Origin: an uncultured Candidatus Saccharibacteria bacterium
Lineage (GTDB): Bacteria > Patescibacteriota > Saccharimonadia > Saccharimonadales > Saccharimonadaceae
DNA length: 64,000 bases
Direction: 5' to 3'
Assembly: GCA_937875955.1 (NCBI GenBank)
Contig: CALFHE010000016.1
Coordinates: 15,712-79,711 of the forward strand
The position numbers and the translations under genes are program-made. The notes under the pieces are model-generated. The model saw only the letters and a list, made by a program, of their open reading frames with translations. It was not told the origin of the DNA and searched no databases. Positions 25,895 through 36,434 of the stretch are shown here, piece by piece. Positions within the stretch are counted from its first letter, which is position 1. Each line of letters starts with the position of its first letter.

Positions 25895-27343
25895 CTAAAG
25901 TTTCTCGCGAATCAGTTTTTGCGCAAGGCTTGGGTTGGCTTGGCCCTTAGACTTCTTCATAACTTGCCCGACCAAATAGCCAATAGCCTTATCTTTTCCA
26001 GCCTTAATATCTGCAATTGAAGCCGCCGAAGCTGGATCGTTTAGAACTTCGTCAACGATTGCAGCAATCGCCGATTCATCAGAAACCTGCAACAAATTCT
26101 TCTCTTCGGCAAGCTTACGCGGATTTTTCGCGCCAGCCAGAAGCTCATTAAATAACTCCTTCGCATTCGTGCTGGAAACTTCAGACTTCTCTGTCATTTC
26201 AGCCAATTCTATCAAATCGTCAACCGCCACGCGTGCAGATTCGTTGTCCGTTTGCGCGTCATTTTCATCGGAAGTTGTCAATGCGCTCGCAAACCAATGC
26301 GCGACTCGCTTAGCGGACGCCTCGCCAGACTTTTCCTGAACTTCCAATGTAATCTGGGCGTAATCCTGATTAGACAAAAGCGAATTGATAACAGATTTAT
26401 CCAAGTTCAGCGCGCTCCATTTTTCCCTATATTCGCCCGGAAGCATCGGCACTTTGGACTGAATTTCAGCAATCACCTCGTCAGTCAACACAACTGGCGG
26501 AATATCTGGATCTGGCATATAACGATAATCCTGCGCGTCTTCTTTTGACCTCTGAGAAGTAGTTATCTGCTTGTCATCATTCCAGCCTCTGGTTTCCTGG
26601 ACAACTTCTTCGCCACGTTCCAAGATATCGACTTGGCGCTTAAACTCATACTCAGCGGCTCTTTCGACACTGCGGAAGGAATTGAGATTCTTAATTTCTG
26701 CGCGCTTTCCAAGCTCTGTCGCACCCTTTTTTGCCACTGAAATATTAACGTCAAATCGCATATTTCCGTGATACAAATTACCGTAAGTCACGCCCGCGTA
26801 AACCATCAATTTATGAAGCTCCGAAACGTAAGCTTTGGCCTCCTCAGCCGAATGCATATCTGGCTCAGAAACAATCTCAATCAGCGGCGTGCCAGCGCGG
26901 TTAAGATCGACCAACGAATAGCCATCGTGATGTGTCAATTTACCAGCATCTTCCTCCATGTGAGCATGGTCAATTCGCACGCGTTTCAAAGAACCATCTT
27001 CCAGCGGTGCATCAACATATCCAGCCAAAATAATCGGATTATACATCTGTGAAGTCTGATAGCCCTTTGGTAAATCTGGATAAAAATAATGCTTTCGATC
27101 AAATCGGCTAACGTGCGCAATTGGCGAATTCAAGGCTTTTCCAGCACGAACCGCCAACTCAACGGCGTGCTTGTTCAAAACTGGCAACATCCCCGGCAAA
27201 CCAAAGTCAATCTGATGCGTCTTACTATTCGGCTCAGCATCGCGAGCGTCATTATCGGCTGGGCTAAATAGCTTGGTTTTCGTCGCCAGTTGAACGTGGC
27301 ATTCGATACCAATTGTCATTTCATAATCGTCATATACACTCAT
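25895..27343 (-). CDS. gatB: Asp/Glu-tRNA amidotransferase subunit B
   Basis: GatB N-terminus (YEMTIGIECHVQL) and a YqeY-like C-terminal tail. Confidence 0.95.
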   Translation of the reverse strand: MSVYDDYEMTIGIECHVQLATKTKLFSPADNDARDAEPNSKTHQIDFGLPGMLPVLNKHAVELAVRAGKALNSPIAHVSRFDRKHYFYPDLPKGYQTSQMYNPIILAGYVDAPLEDGSLKRVRIDHAHMEEDAGKLTHHDGYSLVDLNRAGTPLIEIVSEPDMHSAEEAKAYVSELHKLMVYAGVTYGNLYHGNMRFDVNISVAKKGATELGKRAEIKNLNSFRSVERAAEYEFKRQVDILERGEEVVQETRGWNDDKQITTSQRSKEDAQDYRYMPDPDIPPVVLTDEVIAEIQSKVPMLPGEYREKWSALNLDKSVINSLLSNQDYAQITLEVQEKSGEASAKRVAHWFASALTTSDENDAQTDNESARVAVDDLIELAEMTEKSEVSSTNAKELFNELLAGAKNPRKLAEEKNLLQVSDESAIAAIVDEVLNDPASAASIADIKAGKDKAIGYLVGQVMKKSKGQANPSLAQKLIREKL

Positions 27344-27765
27344 TATAATGCTCCCAAATCTTTTAATGCCTGTTCAAAGCTCGCCATAGCTCGACGAAAA
27401 CTCTGCGCCGTTACCGTTACGCTGGTTTCGTGGGCAATTTGATTACGCAATTTATGCGCCGCCCAAAGCCCATTTTCATCGCTCCAATATCCCTTGCGAG
27501 ATTTCATACGTTCGCCCATCGTTTCACCAGCCACGCCGCAGTCGCGCATAGCTTTGTCCAGCAACTTGTCCGCCTTCATTATCGCCATCTGCATACTTTC
27601 CGATTTTCTGGTTTCAACATTGCGCAAAATTTGCCGCCAAACCCTCTGATACATTTCCTTGTCAATTTGACCGCGACCACGAGAAGTCAATTGAATGAAA
27701 ATCATCAACAAGGCGCCGATAATCAACGCCGCAACAACTATCGCGACTATCAATCCGTCCATCAA
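27343..27765 (-). CDS. Membrane-anchored 140-aa protein embedded in the gatCAB operon
   Basis: An N-terminal TM helix followed by a helical soluble part. It overlaps gatA and abuts gatB. Confidence 0.6.
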   Translation of the reverse strand: MMDGLIVAIVVAALIIGALLMIFIQLTSRGRGQIDKEMYQRVWRQILRNVETRKSESMQMAIMKADKLLDKAMRDCGVAGETMGERMKSRKGYWSDENGLWAAHKLRNQIAHETSVTVTAQSFRRAMASFEQALKDLGAL

Positions 27766-29132
27766 ATCTTCTCCACTCCCGAAACCAGCTTCAGCAAGTT
27801 CTTGTCCGACTTATAATCGCTGATAAGCTGTACGCCAATTGGCAGCCCTTCATCGCTATTTCCAGCTGGCGCCGAAACCGCAGGAAGTCCAGCCAAACTT
27901 GCTGGCACAGTCATGATGTCCGCCAAATACATTTTTATCGGATCGCTAGCATTCTCCCCAATCTTAAACGCAGGAGTCGGCGCAACCGGCATCAATAGCG
28001 CGTCATATTCGGTAAATAACTTCTTAAATTCGTCAATCAACAACGTCCTGGCTTTTTGAGCCTGCATGTAGTAAGCGTCGAAGAATCCACTTGACAATAC
28101 GAAACTTCCTATCATAATTCGTCGCTTATTCTCAGTCATGAAACCTTCATTTCGACTGCGACCATAAAGTTCCGCCAAAGTTTTCACTTCCGCTGCTCGA
28201 TGACCATATCGCACGCCGTCATATCGCGCCAAATTCGAGGACAATTCCGCTGGCACAATTATGTAATACATCGCCAGAGAATGCTGCATCATACTCAAAT
28301 CTACTTCTTCAATTTCGTAGCCAAGCTGCTTCAATTTCTCCGCATAATCAAGCGTTTTTTGGCGAACTTCCGCGTCCACATCATCTGTCATACACTGCTT
28401 GACTAGACCTATTTTTTTCTTTGCAAATTCTGGCTGATTATTCCAAAAATCAGACAAAGTCGTCATATCCTTATCATCGCGACCAGCCATAATTTCCATC
28501 ACCAAATCAGTGTCTTCAGCGTTCGTAGCAAAACAGCCAATTGTGTCCGTGCTTGATGCCATCGCCACTACACCATAACGACTAACCGCTCCGTAAGTCG
28601 GCTTAATTCCAACCACTCCGTTAAAGCTGGCTGGCTGACGAATCGAACCGCCAGTGTCCGTACCAAGCGCAAACGGAACCACGTCAAGCGCCGTAACTAC
28701 CGCCGATCCACCAGATGATCCACCAGCAACTCGCGTTTCATCTGCAGCGTTCTTAGTTGGACCAAATGCCGAGTTTTCCGTCGAACCACCGTGCGCAAAA
28801 GCATCCAAATTCGCCTTACCAATGCAAATCGCACCTTCCGCTTCCAATTTTTCAACAGCCGTCGCCTGTAGTGGCGCATTAAAGTTTTCTAGCATTTTTG
28901 AAGCGGCAGTTGTTGGCGCACCAAACGCCAAAAAATTGTCCTTCACAACAAATGGCACGCCCGCCAATCGTCCAGAAATCTCGCCAGCATCAACTTTTTC
29001 TGCTCGCTCCAGCGCGCGCTCTTCCGTCAAGCTAAGTAGCGCATTATATTCCTCAATTTCACGCGCTCGTCGCAACGCTTCTTTTACGTTCTCGACCGCG
29101 CTCTTGCCGATAAAATCACTAATCTTACTCAT
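27762..29132 (-). CDS. gatA: Glutamyl-tRNA(Gln) amidotransferase subunit A
   Basis: Amidase signature GGSSGGSAV. Confidence 0.95.
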   Translation of the reverse strand: MSKISDFIGKSAVENVKEALRRAREIEEYNALLSLTEERALERAEKVDAGEISGRLAGVPFVVKDNFLAFGAPTTAASKMLENFNAPLQATAVEKLEAEGAICIGKANLDAFAHGGSTENSAFGPTKNAADETRVAGGSSGGSAVVTALDVVPFALGTDTGGSIRQPASFNGVVGIKPTYGAVSRYGVVAMASSTDTIGCFATNAEDTDLVMEIMAGRDDKDMTTLSDFWNNQPEFAKKKIGLVKQCMTDDVDAEVRQKTLDYAEKLKQLGYEIEEVDLSMMQHSLAMYYIIVPAELSSNLARYDGVRYGHRAAEVKTLAELYGRSRNEGFMTENKRRIMIGSFVLSSGFFDAYYMQAQKARTLLIDEFKKLFTEYDALLMPVAPTPAFKIGENASDPIKMYLADIMTVPASLAGLPAVSAPAGNSDEGLPIGVQLISDYKSDKNLLKLVSGVEKI

Positions 29133-29419
29133 TACAATACCTGCGGAACTTTCACTTGGTTATTCTGTTTTTCTGGCGCCAAATCAAGCAATTTCTCAAC
29201 GGGAATTCCCGCCTGAACTTCATCCTCGCGCCAAACATTGCTCAGTCCCGTAACTTGATAAGTCGGCTCAACACCCGACACGTCAAGCTCGCCCAACTGC
29301 TCAATATAGCCAATTATATTTTCCAAATCTTGGCGCAGTCCGTCGGTTTCGTCATCAGTCAATGCCAGACTACTCAAACTCGCCAAGTGCTGAATATCGC
29401 TGGTAGAAATAGTTATCAT
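29132..29419 (-). CDS. gatC: Asp/Glu-tRNA amidotransferase subunit C
   Basis: 95 aa with a GatC-like sequence, heading the gatC-gatA-x-gatB operon. Confidence 0.9.
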   Translation of the reverse strand: MITISTSDIQHLASLSSLALTDDETDGLRQDLENIIGYIEQLGELDVSGVEPTYQVTGLSNVWREDEVQAGIPVEKLLDLAPEKQNNQVKVPQVL

Positions 29420-29432
29420 ATCAATATTATAC

Positions 29433-29464
29433 CACTAAAAAAAGCCACCCATCAAAGTGAGCGA
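29433..29464 (-). terminator. Intrinsic terminator after the 263-aa membrane protein gene
   Basis: The minus-strand RNA AGUCGCUCA-loop-UGGGUGGCU is followed by UUUUUUU. Its G-U pairs make it strand-specific. Confidence 0.55.
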
Positions 29465-29484
29465 CTTTATTTTTCCAAGTTTTA

Positions 29485-30276
29485 TTACATTGAGTAATCT
29501 TGGTAGTTCTTGTAGCGACTGTAGTCTGATGGAATAGTCTTTGCTGAGCTGCCCGTGTCGTGCGCTTTAACAGCAATTGTGATAGCGCCAGTCAATAGTA
29601 CGACAGAAGAAGCCACAATCAACATCAAAGACAAAGCCTTTGACATGTTGCGACCTTTGACAATTTGACAAATGAAGTAAGCGCCAGTAGCAACAATTGC
29701 AAGAGCTAATGCGTATGGCAAGAATTCGCCCAAGTACAAACTCTTATAGAATTCGCCGCCGTCACCAACGCCGATAAACAGCAATGAGTTGATCAAAATA
29801 CTTACTAATCGAGCAACCAAGTCAACGGCTGGAATAATCAAAACCGCCAAACCGCCGTAAGTTACCAATTTGTAAGCTGTTCGCTTTGTATAACCTTCAC
29901 GCTCCGGAACAGCTTTTGATACGCGTGAAAATAGGACTAGTGACAATACAGCCAAAAGCACAGCAAATACTGACGCTGCAACAATTCCCGTTCCCTGAGT
30001 TACCATTGATGGGGCGAAAAATCCGCCAACACTTCTTAATAACATTGACGTTGAATTCGTCCACAAACCAAACACCTTGGTTATGATGTCAATCAGCAAC
30101 ATAATTGAAATAATCGCTGAGCCCATTGCCAAAGCGTATTCCAAGGTTAGCATCTTAGCCTTGCCCTTATTTGGGTCTTCATATGCATATTGTGGATATG
30201 CTTGGTAAGCACTTGGTTGCATCGGCATTTCTGGTTGCGCGACGTTTGTTGGCTGTGGTTGTTCTTTTGTTGCCAT
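29485..30276 (-). CDS. Polytopic membrane protein with Pro/Gln/Tyr-rich N-terminus
   Basis: About six hydrophobic helices. I recognise no family. Confidence 0.6.
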   Translation of the reverse strand: MATKEQPQPTNVAQPEMPMQPSAYQAYPQYAYEDPNKGKAKMLTLEYALAMGSAIISIMLLIDIITKVFGLWTNSTSMLLRSVGGFFAPSMVTQGTGIVAASVFAVLLAVLSLVLFSRVSKAVPEREGYTKRTAYKLVTYGGLAVLIIPAVDLVARLVSILINSLLFIGVGDGGEFYKSLYLGEFLPYALALAIVATGAYFICQIVKGRNMSKALSLMLIVASSVVLLTGAITIAVKAHDTGSSAKTIPSDYSRYKNYQDYSM

Positions 30277-30306
30277 AATCCCTCCTAATCTAATAATATT
30301 TTTATT

Positions 30307-32277
30307 CTACATCGTATGACGAATTTCTGCAATTAAATCACGCAGTTCTGCCGCTTTTTCAAATTCCAAATTAGCGCTATGCAGTTCCATTTGCGCCGTC
30401 AGATCTTTAATCAAAGCCGGATATTCGTCTTTTGGAATTTTCTTCAGGTTAAGCTTTGGCTTTTTATCAGACTCTTTTTGCGGAATAATCGAACGTAAAC
30501 CATCGTCAATTTTCTTCTGAATAGTTTGCGGCGTAATATTATGCTCTTCGTTATATTTTTGCTGGATCGCTCGACGTCGATTTGTTTCGTCAATTGCTCG
30601 ACGCATACTATCCGTAACATTGTCGCCATACATAATAACCCGCCCATCAACGTGCCGCGCCGCTCGTCCAATCGTCTGAATTAGCGCCTGCTCACTGCGC
30701 AAGAAACCTTCCTTGTCGGCGTCCATAATTGCCACCAAACTGACTTCTGGAAGATCCAGACCTTCGCGCAACAGATTAATTCCAACCAGTACATCATACG
30801 TCCCAAGTCGCAAATCTTTCAGAATATCGCCACGCTCCAGCGTATCAATTTCGCTATGCAAATACGCCGTCCTCACGCCGTTTTCCGTCAAATAAGCGCT
30901 CAAGTCCTCCGCCATTCGCTTGGTTAATGTTGTCACCAACACGCGATGACCTTTCGCAATCGTCTGGCGAATTTCCTCCATCAAATCATCGACTTGCCCG
31001 TCGGTCGGTCGAACTTCAATCGGCGGATCAAGCAACCCAGTCGGTCGAATAAGCTGCTCAGCTGGCTTTGGCGAATGAGAAAGTTCATAATCTCCCGGCG
31101 TGGCGGAAACATAAATTGCCTGATGAATATGCTGATTGAACTCATCAAATCGAAGTGGGCGATTGTCCAATGCGCTTGGAAGACGAAAACCATGCTCAAC
31201 CAAAACTTCCTTACGGGCGCGATCGCCATTATACATTCCCCGAACTTGCGGCAATGTCATGTGCGATTCGTCAACCAAAAGCAACCAATCGTCCGGAAAA
31301 TAATCAATCAAAGTCGCAGGCTGCTCGCCAGGTTCTCGGTCGGTCAAATAGCGCGAATAATTCTCAATTCCCTTCACAAAACCAGTTTCCTTCAACATCT
31401 CCAAATCATATTTGGTACGCTGACTCAGCCTTTGCGCCTCTAAAAACTTGCCATTATCTTCAAACCATTTCAGCCGTTGATTAAACTCATTCTCAATTCC
31501 GACAATCGCTTTTTCAATTCGCTCACGTGGCGTCGAATAGTGGCTGGACGGGAAAATTGTCAATTGGTCTGGCCGATCCAAAATCTCGCCAGTCAAAGGA
31601 TCAATCTTCGTCAGCCGCTCAATTTCATCGCCAAAGAATTCCACGCGAACCGCAGTATCTTGACCTGCCGGAAAAATATCCACGACATCGCCGCGCACCC
31701 GAAAAGTTCCGCGCGCAAAATCGATGTCGTTGCGCTTATACTGAATGTCGGTCAATAGACGGATAAACTTGTCCTGAACTCGGCGCTCGCCAACGGTCAA
31801 TTTAATAGCCATATCGGCGTAAGTTTCTGGCGAACCAATGCCATAAATACAGCTCACACTCGCTACGATAATTACGTCGCGGCGCGTAAGCAGCGCAGAA
31901 GTTGCAGCGTGCCTAAGCCGATCAATTTCGTCGTTGATTTTCGAATCTTTTTCAATGTAAGTGTCGCTCGAAGCGATGTACGCTTCTGGCTGATAGTAGT
32001 CAAAATAGCTAACAAAATAGTGGACTTCATTGTCCGGAAAAAATTCCTTAAACTCAGAAAAAAGTTGTGCCGCCAAAGTCTTATTATGAGCCAAAACCAG
32101 CGTCGGCACATTGCGCTCAGCGATAATATTCGCCATCGTAAATGTCTTCCCTGAACCAGTCACGCCCAACAAAGTTTGCTCGCGCTGACCTTTTTCCAAA
32201 CCATCGACTAACTGAGCAATTGCTCGCGGCTGATCGCCAGTGGGCTGATATGAAGAAGAGAGGCGAAATTTATTCAC
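30307..32277 (-). CDS. uvrB: Excinuclease ABC subunit B
   Basis: Walker [13 protein letters not shown], helicase motifs, and a C-terminal UVR domain ([10 protein letters not shown]). Confidence 0.95.
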   Translation of the reverse strand: MNKFRLSSSYQPTGDQPRAIAQLVDGLEKGQREQTLLGVTGSGKTFTMANIIAERNVPTLVLAHNKTLAAQLFSEFKEFFPDNEVHYFVSYFDYYQPEAYIASSDTYIEKDSKINDEIDRLRHAATSALLTRRDVIIVASVSCIYGIGSPETYADMAIKLTVGERRVQDKFIRLLTDIQYKRNDIDFARGTFRVRGDVVDIFPAGQDTAVRVEFFGDEIERLTKIDPLTGEILDRPDQLTIFPSSHYSTPRERIEKAIVGIENEFNQRLKWFEDNGKFLEAQRLSQRTKYDLEMLKETGFVKGIENYSRYLTDREPGEQPATLIDYFPDDWLLLVDESHMTLPQVRGMYNGDRARKEVLVEHGFRLPSALDNRPLRFDEFNQHIHQAIYVSATPGDYELSHSPKPAEQLIRPTGLLDPPIEVRPTDGQVDDLMEEIRQTIAKGHRVLVTTLTKRMAEDLSAYLTENGVRTAYLHSEIDTLERGDILKDLRLGTYDVLVGINLLREGLDLPEVSLVAIMDADKEGFLRSEQALIQTIGRAARHVDGRVIMYGDNVTDSMRRAIDETNRRRAIQQKYNEEHNITPQTIQKKIDDGLRSIIPQKESDKKPKLNLKKIPKDEYPALIKDLTAQMELHSANLEFEKAAELRDLIAEIRHTM

Positions 32278-32304
32278 CTCTCTATTTTACTATATTTATG
32301 AAAA

Positions 32305-32904
32305 CTAGTCTTGATTATAAGTTTGAGACGAGCCAGAAACTTCACATTTGCCATCAACCAAGCGGCTCGGAACCGACGCAGACTTCAAGTCTGAGCACGG
32401 CATGCCGCCTTGCTGTGTGCCCGCAACAATTGCAATTTCACCCGTGCCGTTCTTTGGTCCGATAATAGTATAAGCGTTCGTCAAGCCATATACTGCCGCA
32501 TATTTTCCGTATGCACGGTCAATGATTGGCTCATACACAGAACCTTCACGTTCTGGAATTGGCTGACCGACTTTAGACTTCAAGAACTTCTTCAAAGAAC
32601 TGTCAATATCCAATTTATCAACATCACTTGCTAAAGTTAAACGAATGCCCGTGCCGTCGCCTTTGGTTCGGAAATCTTTATACTCTTTCTTCGCCTCATT
32701 TGATGGCTCCTCACCTTCACCGCGTGCTTTTTCTATTGAGTCAGATGAATCCTTCTTTGTCTGACTGCTTTTTACTGAAGCGCTAGAATCCTTGTCTTTA
32801 TACACAGCGCCAGCAATTATCCAAGTAGTCATAGCAACAATGACTATACCCATAACAATCACCGCCGCGATCAGCCATTTATTAGCCGTTGATCTATTTT
32901 CCAT
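32305..32904 (-). CDS. Membrane-anchored extracytoplasmic protein (unknown function)
   Basis: An N-terminal TM helix, a Ser/Lys/Glu-rich linker, and a globular C-terminal part containing two Cys. Confidence 0.55.
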   Translation of the reverse strand: MENRSTANKWLIAAVIVMGIVIVAMTTWIIAGAVYKDKDSSASVKSSQTKKDSSDSIEKARGEGEEPSNEAKKEYKDFRTKGDGTGIRLTLASDVDKLDIDSSLKKFLKSKVGQPIPEREGSVYEPIIDRAYGKYAAVYGLTNAYTIIGPKNGTGEIAIVAGTQQGGMPCSDLKSASVPSRLVDGKCEVSGSSQTYNQD

Positions 32905-33027
32905 AAAACCTCCATTTAGATTGTGCTTTAATTGTATATGATGGATTATTTGCCGTCAACGTATTGTAACCATAGGCATTTTATGATATAGTAATAAAGT
33001 TAAAATCATAAAATAAAAAGGACAATA

Positions 33028-33696
33028 ATGACACCGAAAAATGTTTGTATTCCGCGCGAATTACAGCTTCAGGCTGCTATGTTCAGATTAGGAAAAGTCG
33101 ATGATGAAATTCATGCTGGCTATGAAATTCTCCAAAAATATCATAAAACCGTGACTTTTTTTGGATCAGCCAGAATAACTGAAGATAACGAATATTACCA
33201 AAAAGCTAAAGACTTAGCATTTCAATTAGCTAAAGAAGGCTACACAATCATCACCGGCGGTGGTGGCGGAATTATGGAAGCAGCAAACCGCGGCGCCATG
33301 GAAGCTGGCGGAAAATCAGTCGGATTCAACATTCGCTTGCCACACGAACAATCTCTAAACAGCTATACGACAGACTCATTCGCCTTCACCCACTTCGCAC
33401 CACGAAAAATAGTTATGACACTTCTGGCCGATGCGTATGTTTGTTTCCCTGGCGGATTCGGCACAATGGACGAAATTTGCGAGATTATCACATTGACACA
33501 AACTAAGAAGATGGCGCCAGTACCAATTATCCTGTTTGATAAAAAATTCTGGGGTAAATGGGATGATTTTATTCGTGACAACATGCTACCAAACAAGCTA
33601 ATATCTGACGGCGATGAAAAAACCTACACAATCACCGAAGATATTACGGAAGTAGTTGGACTAATTAAGAATCAGCGAACTTGTTGCGACCGATAA
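33028..33696 (+). CDS. LOG-family (TIGR00730-type) nucleotide phosphoribohydrolase
   Basis: GGGGGIMEAANRGA and PGGFGTMDE motifs. Confidence 0.85.
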   Translation: MTPKNVCIPRELQLQAAMFRLGKVDDEIHAGYEILQKYHKTVTFFGSARITEDNEYYQKAKDLAFQLAKEGYTIITGGGGGIMEAANRGAMEAGGKSVGFNIRLPHEQSLNSYTTDSFAFTHFAPRKIVMTLLADAYVCFPGGFGTMDEICEIITLTQTKKMAPVPIILFDKKFWGKWDDFIRDNMLPNKLISDGDEKTYTITEDITEVVGLIKNQRTCCDR

Positions 33697-34176
33697 TTAT
33701 TTCTTAGTTTTCGGCTCAATCCAACAAATTCCGCCCTGACAAACCACTCGCTCCACAGCTGGATTATATGTGCGCGGGTGGTTTTTATATCGGCGCGTAA
33801 TCTCAAATCCCAGGCCTCGCTTGCCATACGTTGTTTGCTGCTTCCCCAGAGGTAACTGGCAATGATAATTATTTATAATGTCAATTGGATTAAACGAAAT
33901 CACTTGCCCATCAACGTCCAAAAGTACCCATTCAGAAGCCTTGAACGGCGCCCACTCATTTACCTTTGGTGCGATAACCATCAAAGATTGATAAATCTCC
34001 TCTGCCGTGGCATTTGACGGATCGAGGCCTAAAGAGCGAATAATCGAATGTGCTCTAGCCAATATCTCCGCAATCAATCGCACATCGCTATCGTCCCTAG
34101 TCATCTGCCTGAGCTCTGTCAACGCTCGACGTTTCTTCATATCATCACCCAGTAATCTTCCCAAATTATGCGCCAT
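33697..34176 (-). CDS. Hypothetical protein (159 aa)
   Basis: An ORF translationally coupled to the pfkB-family gene, with no recognised motif. Confidence 0.5.
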   Translation of the reverse strand: MAHNLGRLLGDDMKKRRALTELRQMTRDDSDVRLIAEILARAHSIIRSLGLDPSNATAEEIYQSLMVIAPKVNEWAPFKASEWVLLDVDGQVISFNPIDIINNYHCQLPLGKQQTTYGKRGLGFEITRRYKNHPRTYNPAVERVVCQGGICWIEPKTKK

Positions 34177-35141
34177 TATATTTCCCTTTCTTGAATTGGC
34201 ATAGAGCGGAGTGTTGTACCGGCATATAAAATTCCAGCTTTTGCTCCAATTTTCATAACCACTGAACTAGCATTCGCACTACCCATAATCACAGAGTTTT
34301 TCAAATTGCCGCTTCGCGCCCATTCACTCAAAAATCCCGACGCAAACGCATCTCCAGCGCCAGTTCTGTCAATTGACGGCCTGTCGTCGTACATCAGCGC
34401 TCGTACGATCGTTTTTCCGTCGCTTGCAATTGAGCCATTTACTCCATCCGTCACCAAAACGACCGGAACCAATCTCAATCCTCGCCGAACCAAAGTTTCC
34501 AAATCCTCACCAGACACCAATTGCTGCATTTCTTCTTTGTTCAGAGTTAAAACGTCAACATCAGACAAAAGTCCCAGCAATTTATCTTTTTGCGCCAGCT
34601 CTTTCTTTCCAGGATTAAAACAGATCTTCATATCGCGACGCTTGGCTTGTTGGAATAATTTGTGAAGCATCGGCATATTTCCCGCCAAAGTTGAAACGTA
34701 TAGCCAATCCGCGTCCTCTTCAGATAAATCAAAATCCGCCTCATGATAATGCGTTGAAGCACCACGGTATGTTAAAATTGTCCGCTCGCCATTTGAAGCC
34801 AATAATAACACCGAATATCCCGTGCTATATTTTGGCGAATACCTCACCAAATGCGTGTCAATATTTTCCTTGTCCAAATCCGCAATTACCGCTTGCCCCG
34901 CTGGATCATGACCGATTGCGCCCATAAAACTAGCGTAATGCCCTTGCCTGGAAAACGTTACCGCGGCGTTTGTAGCTCCACCACCAGTCGAGAAATGAAT
35001 CTGGTTTACGTCGGCTTTCGCCCCCAAATCTAGTCGCGCAAAACAGTGTTCTGGACTTTCACAAACTGGCGTCAGTGCATCCGATTGACTTAAAAATACG
35101 TCTTGAATCGCCGCACCAACGGTGATAATTTTTGCCATCAA
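34176..35141 (-). CDS. PfkB-family carbohydrate kinase
   Basis: The N-terminal GG motif region and DRTGAGDAFASGF. Substrate cannot be decided from the sequence. Confidence 0.8.
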   Translation of the reverse strand: MMAKIITVGAAIQDVFLSQSDALTPVCESPEHCFARLDLGAKADVNQIHFSTGGGATNAAVTFSRQGHYASFMGAIGHDPAGQAVIADLDKENIDTHLVRYSPKYSTGYSVLLLASNGERTILTYRGASTHYHEADFDLSEEDADWLYVSTLAGNMPMLHKLFQQAKRRDMKICFNPGKKELAQKDKLLGLLSDVDVLTLNKEEMQQLVSGEDLETLVRRGLRLVPVVLVTDGVNGSIASDGKTIVRALMYDDRPSIDRTGAGDAFASGFLSEWARSGNLKNSVIMGSANASSVVMKIGAKAGILYAGTTLRSMPIQEREI

Positions 35142-36049
35142 ACCACCGCCTTTCGCACGGAATTAAATGCCTTAATCTTTGATTCCACTACTTCCTGTAC
35201 AGCGGCATAAACTGGCGGCATTAATTTAACAATAGCGTACTCATTTGGATTTTCTCGCAAGGTTTTCTCCAAAGTCGTTCGGAAAGCATAGCGCATATCA
35301 GAATTAATATTAATCTTAGAAACGCCAATTTTCGCAGCATCCTCAAAATAATGCAGCGGCGTGCCAGACCCACCGTGCAACGAAATCTGACAATGAATCG
35401 CCTCACGAATATCAGCTAACAAGTCCAAGTCCAATACTTTCGGAACTGGATATTTGCCATGCAAATTGCCAATTGCCGCCGCAAAAGTGTCAATTCCGGT
35501 CGCCTCAACGAACGCCCGCGCGCCTTCTGGTGTAGAAAAAGTCTTTTTTATTTCTTCGTAATTTATATCTTCCGTATGAACATTTGAACTTCCGCCAAAA
35601 TAATGCGGCTCAGATTCCACTAGTGCGCCAGTAAACTTGGCATATTCAACAACTTCACGAGTTTTCGCAATAATTTCCTCGTCCGAAGCGTCGTGATTTG
35701 CCTGAGAAATATCAATATGGATAAATTCGTACCCTGCGTCAATCGCTCGCTTACAGCCCTCAACCGTCGGGCCATGGTCCAGATTCAAATACATTTCAAT
35801 TCCGTACTCAGCTTTATAATTGTCTACCAAATCGCGAACATTCTCTAGACCCATAGCCTTCACTTCGGCGTCAGAAACCTCAACCAACACTGGCGATTGA
35901 AGTTTTTGCGCCGCGCGTGCCACCGCAATCAGCGTCTCTTGATTGTCAATATTAAACGCCCCAACCGCAAAACGCTGCGCTCGTGTTCGCTGCATTAAAT
36001 GACGCGCCCGCGTCGTGTTTTTCCGAATCTCTGAAATCGATAATCCCAT
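35138..36049 (-). CDS. fba: Class II fructose-bisphosphate aldolase
   Basis: LNLDHG and SLHGGSG motifs. Confidence 0.85.
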   Translation of the reverse strand: MGLSISEIRKNTTRARHLMQRTRAQRFAVGAFNIDNQETLIAVARAAQKLQSPVLVEVSDAEVKAMGLENVRDLVDNYKAEYGIEMYLNLDHGPTVEGCKRAIDAGYEFIHIDISQANHDASDEEIIAKTREVVEYAKFTGALVESEPHYFGGSSNVHTEDINYEEIKKTFSTPEGARAFVEATGIDTFAAAIGNLHGKYPVPKVLDLDLLADIREAIHCQISLHGGSGTPLHYFEDAAKIGVSKININSDMRYAFRTTLEKTLRENPNEYAIVKLMPPVYAAVQEVVESKIKAFNSVRKAVV

Positions 36050-36108
36050 ACTGCCCCCTAAAATACTTATGGTAATTATATCAATTACCGCCCACTATGC
36101 CAAGAGAA

Positions 36109-36175
36109 TTGACATTATGTTGTTTTGGTGATAACATAAAATAACTTTTGCTCGGGGATTTCCTAGGGGCAAAAG
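36109..36175 (+). promoter_or_regulatory. Cassette F promoter plus 5'-terminal stem-loop
   Basis: TTGACA at 36109, a 17-nt spacer, TGATAACAT (extended -10, 36129-36137), and the hairpin CTTTTGC/GCAAAAG at 36145-36175. Confidence 0.55.
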
Positions 36176-36212
36176 AGCCCTTTGGTCTTGAGCGTCAGGA
36201 GAGGAGAGGACA

Positions 36213-36425
36213 ATGAGTCCCATCGTGCGAGCCGCTAAGCTAATGCTTAATGGCTTAATCTTTATCATCCTGATTGCGTTCGCAATCTGGTGTGCGGCGT
36301 TTATCTATTTCTTCTTGGCCTATGGATTGTTCGAATCCTTGACATTCGCCATAGGAAGCGTGTCTCTTATCGCGATCATTTATGGGATGAAGCGCCACGG
36401 CCACCATAGGTGCGATCATAGGTGA
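36213..36425 (+). CDS. Cassette F small membrane protein (70 aa, 2 TM helices, His-rich C-terminus)
   Basis: ATG after CAGGAGAGGAGAGGA, two long hydrophobic helices, and a KRHGHHRCDHR tail. Confidence 0.55.
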   Translation: MSPIVRAAKLMLNGLIFIILIAFAIWCAAFIYFFLAYGLFESLTFAIGSVSLIAIIYGMKRHGHHRCDHR

Positions 36426-36434
36426 CACACACAA

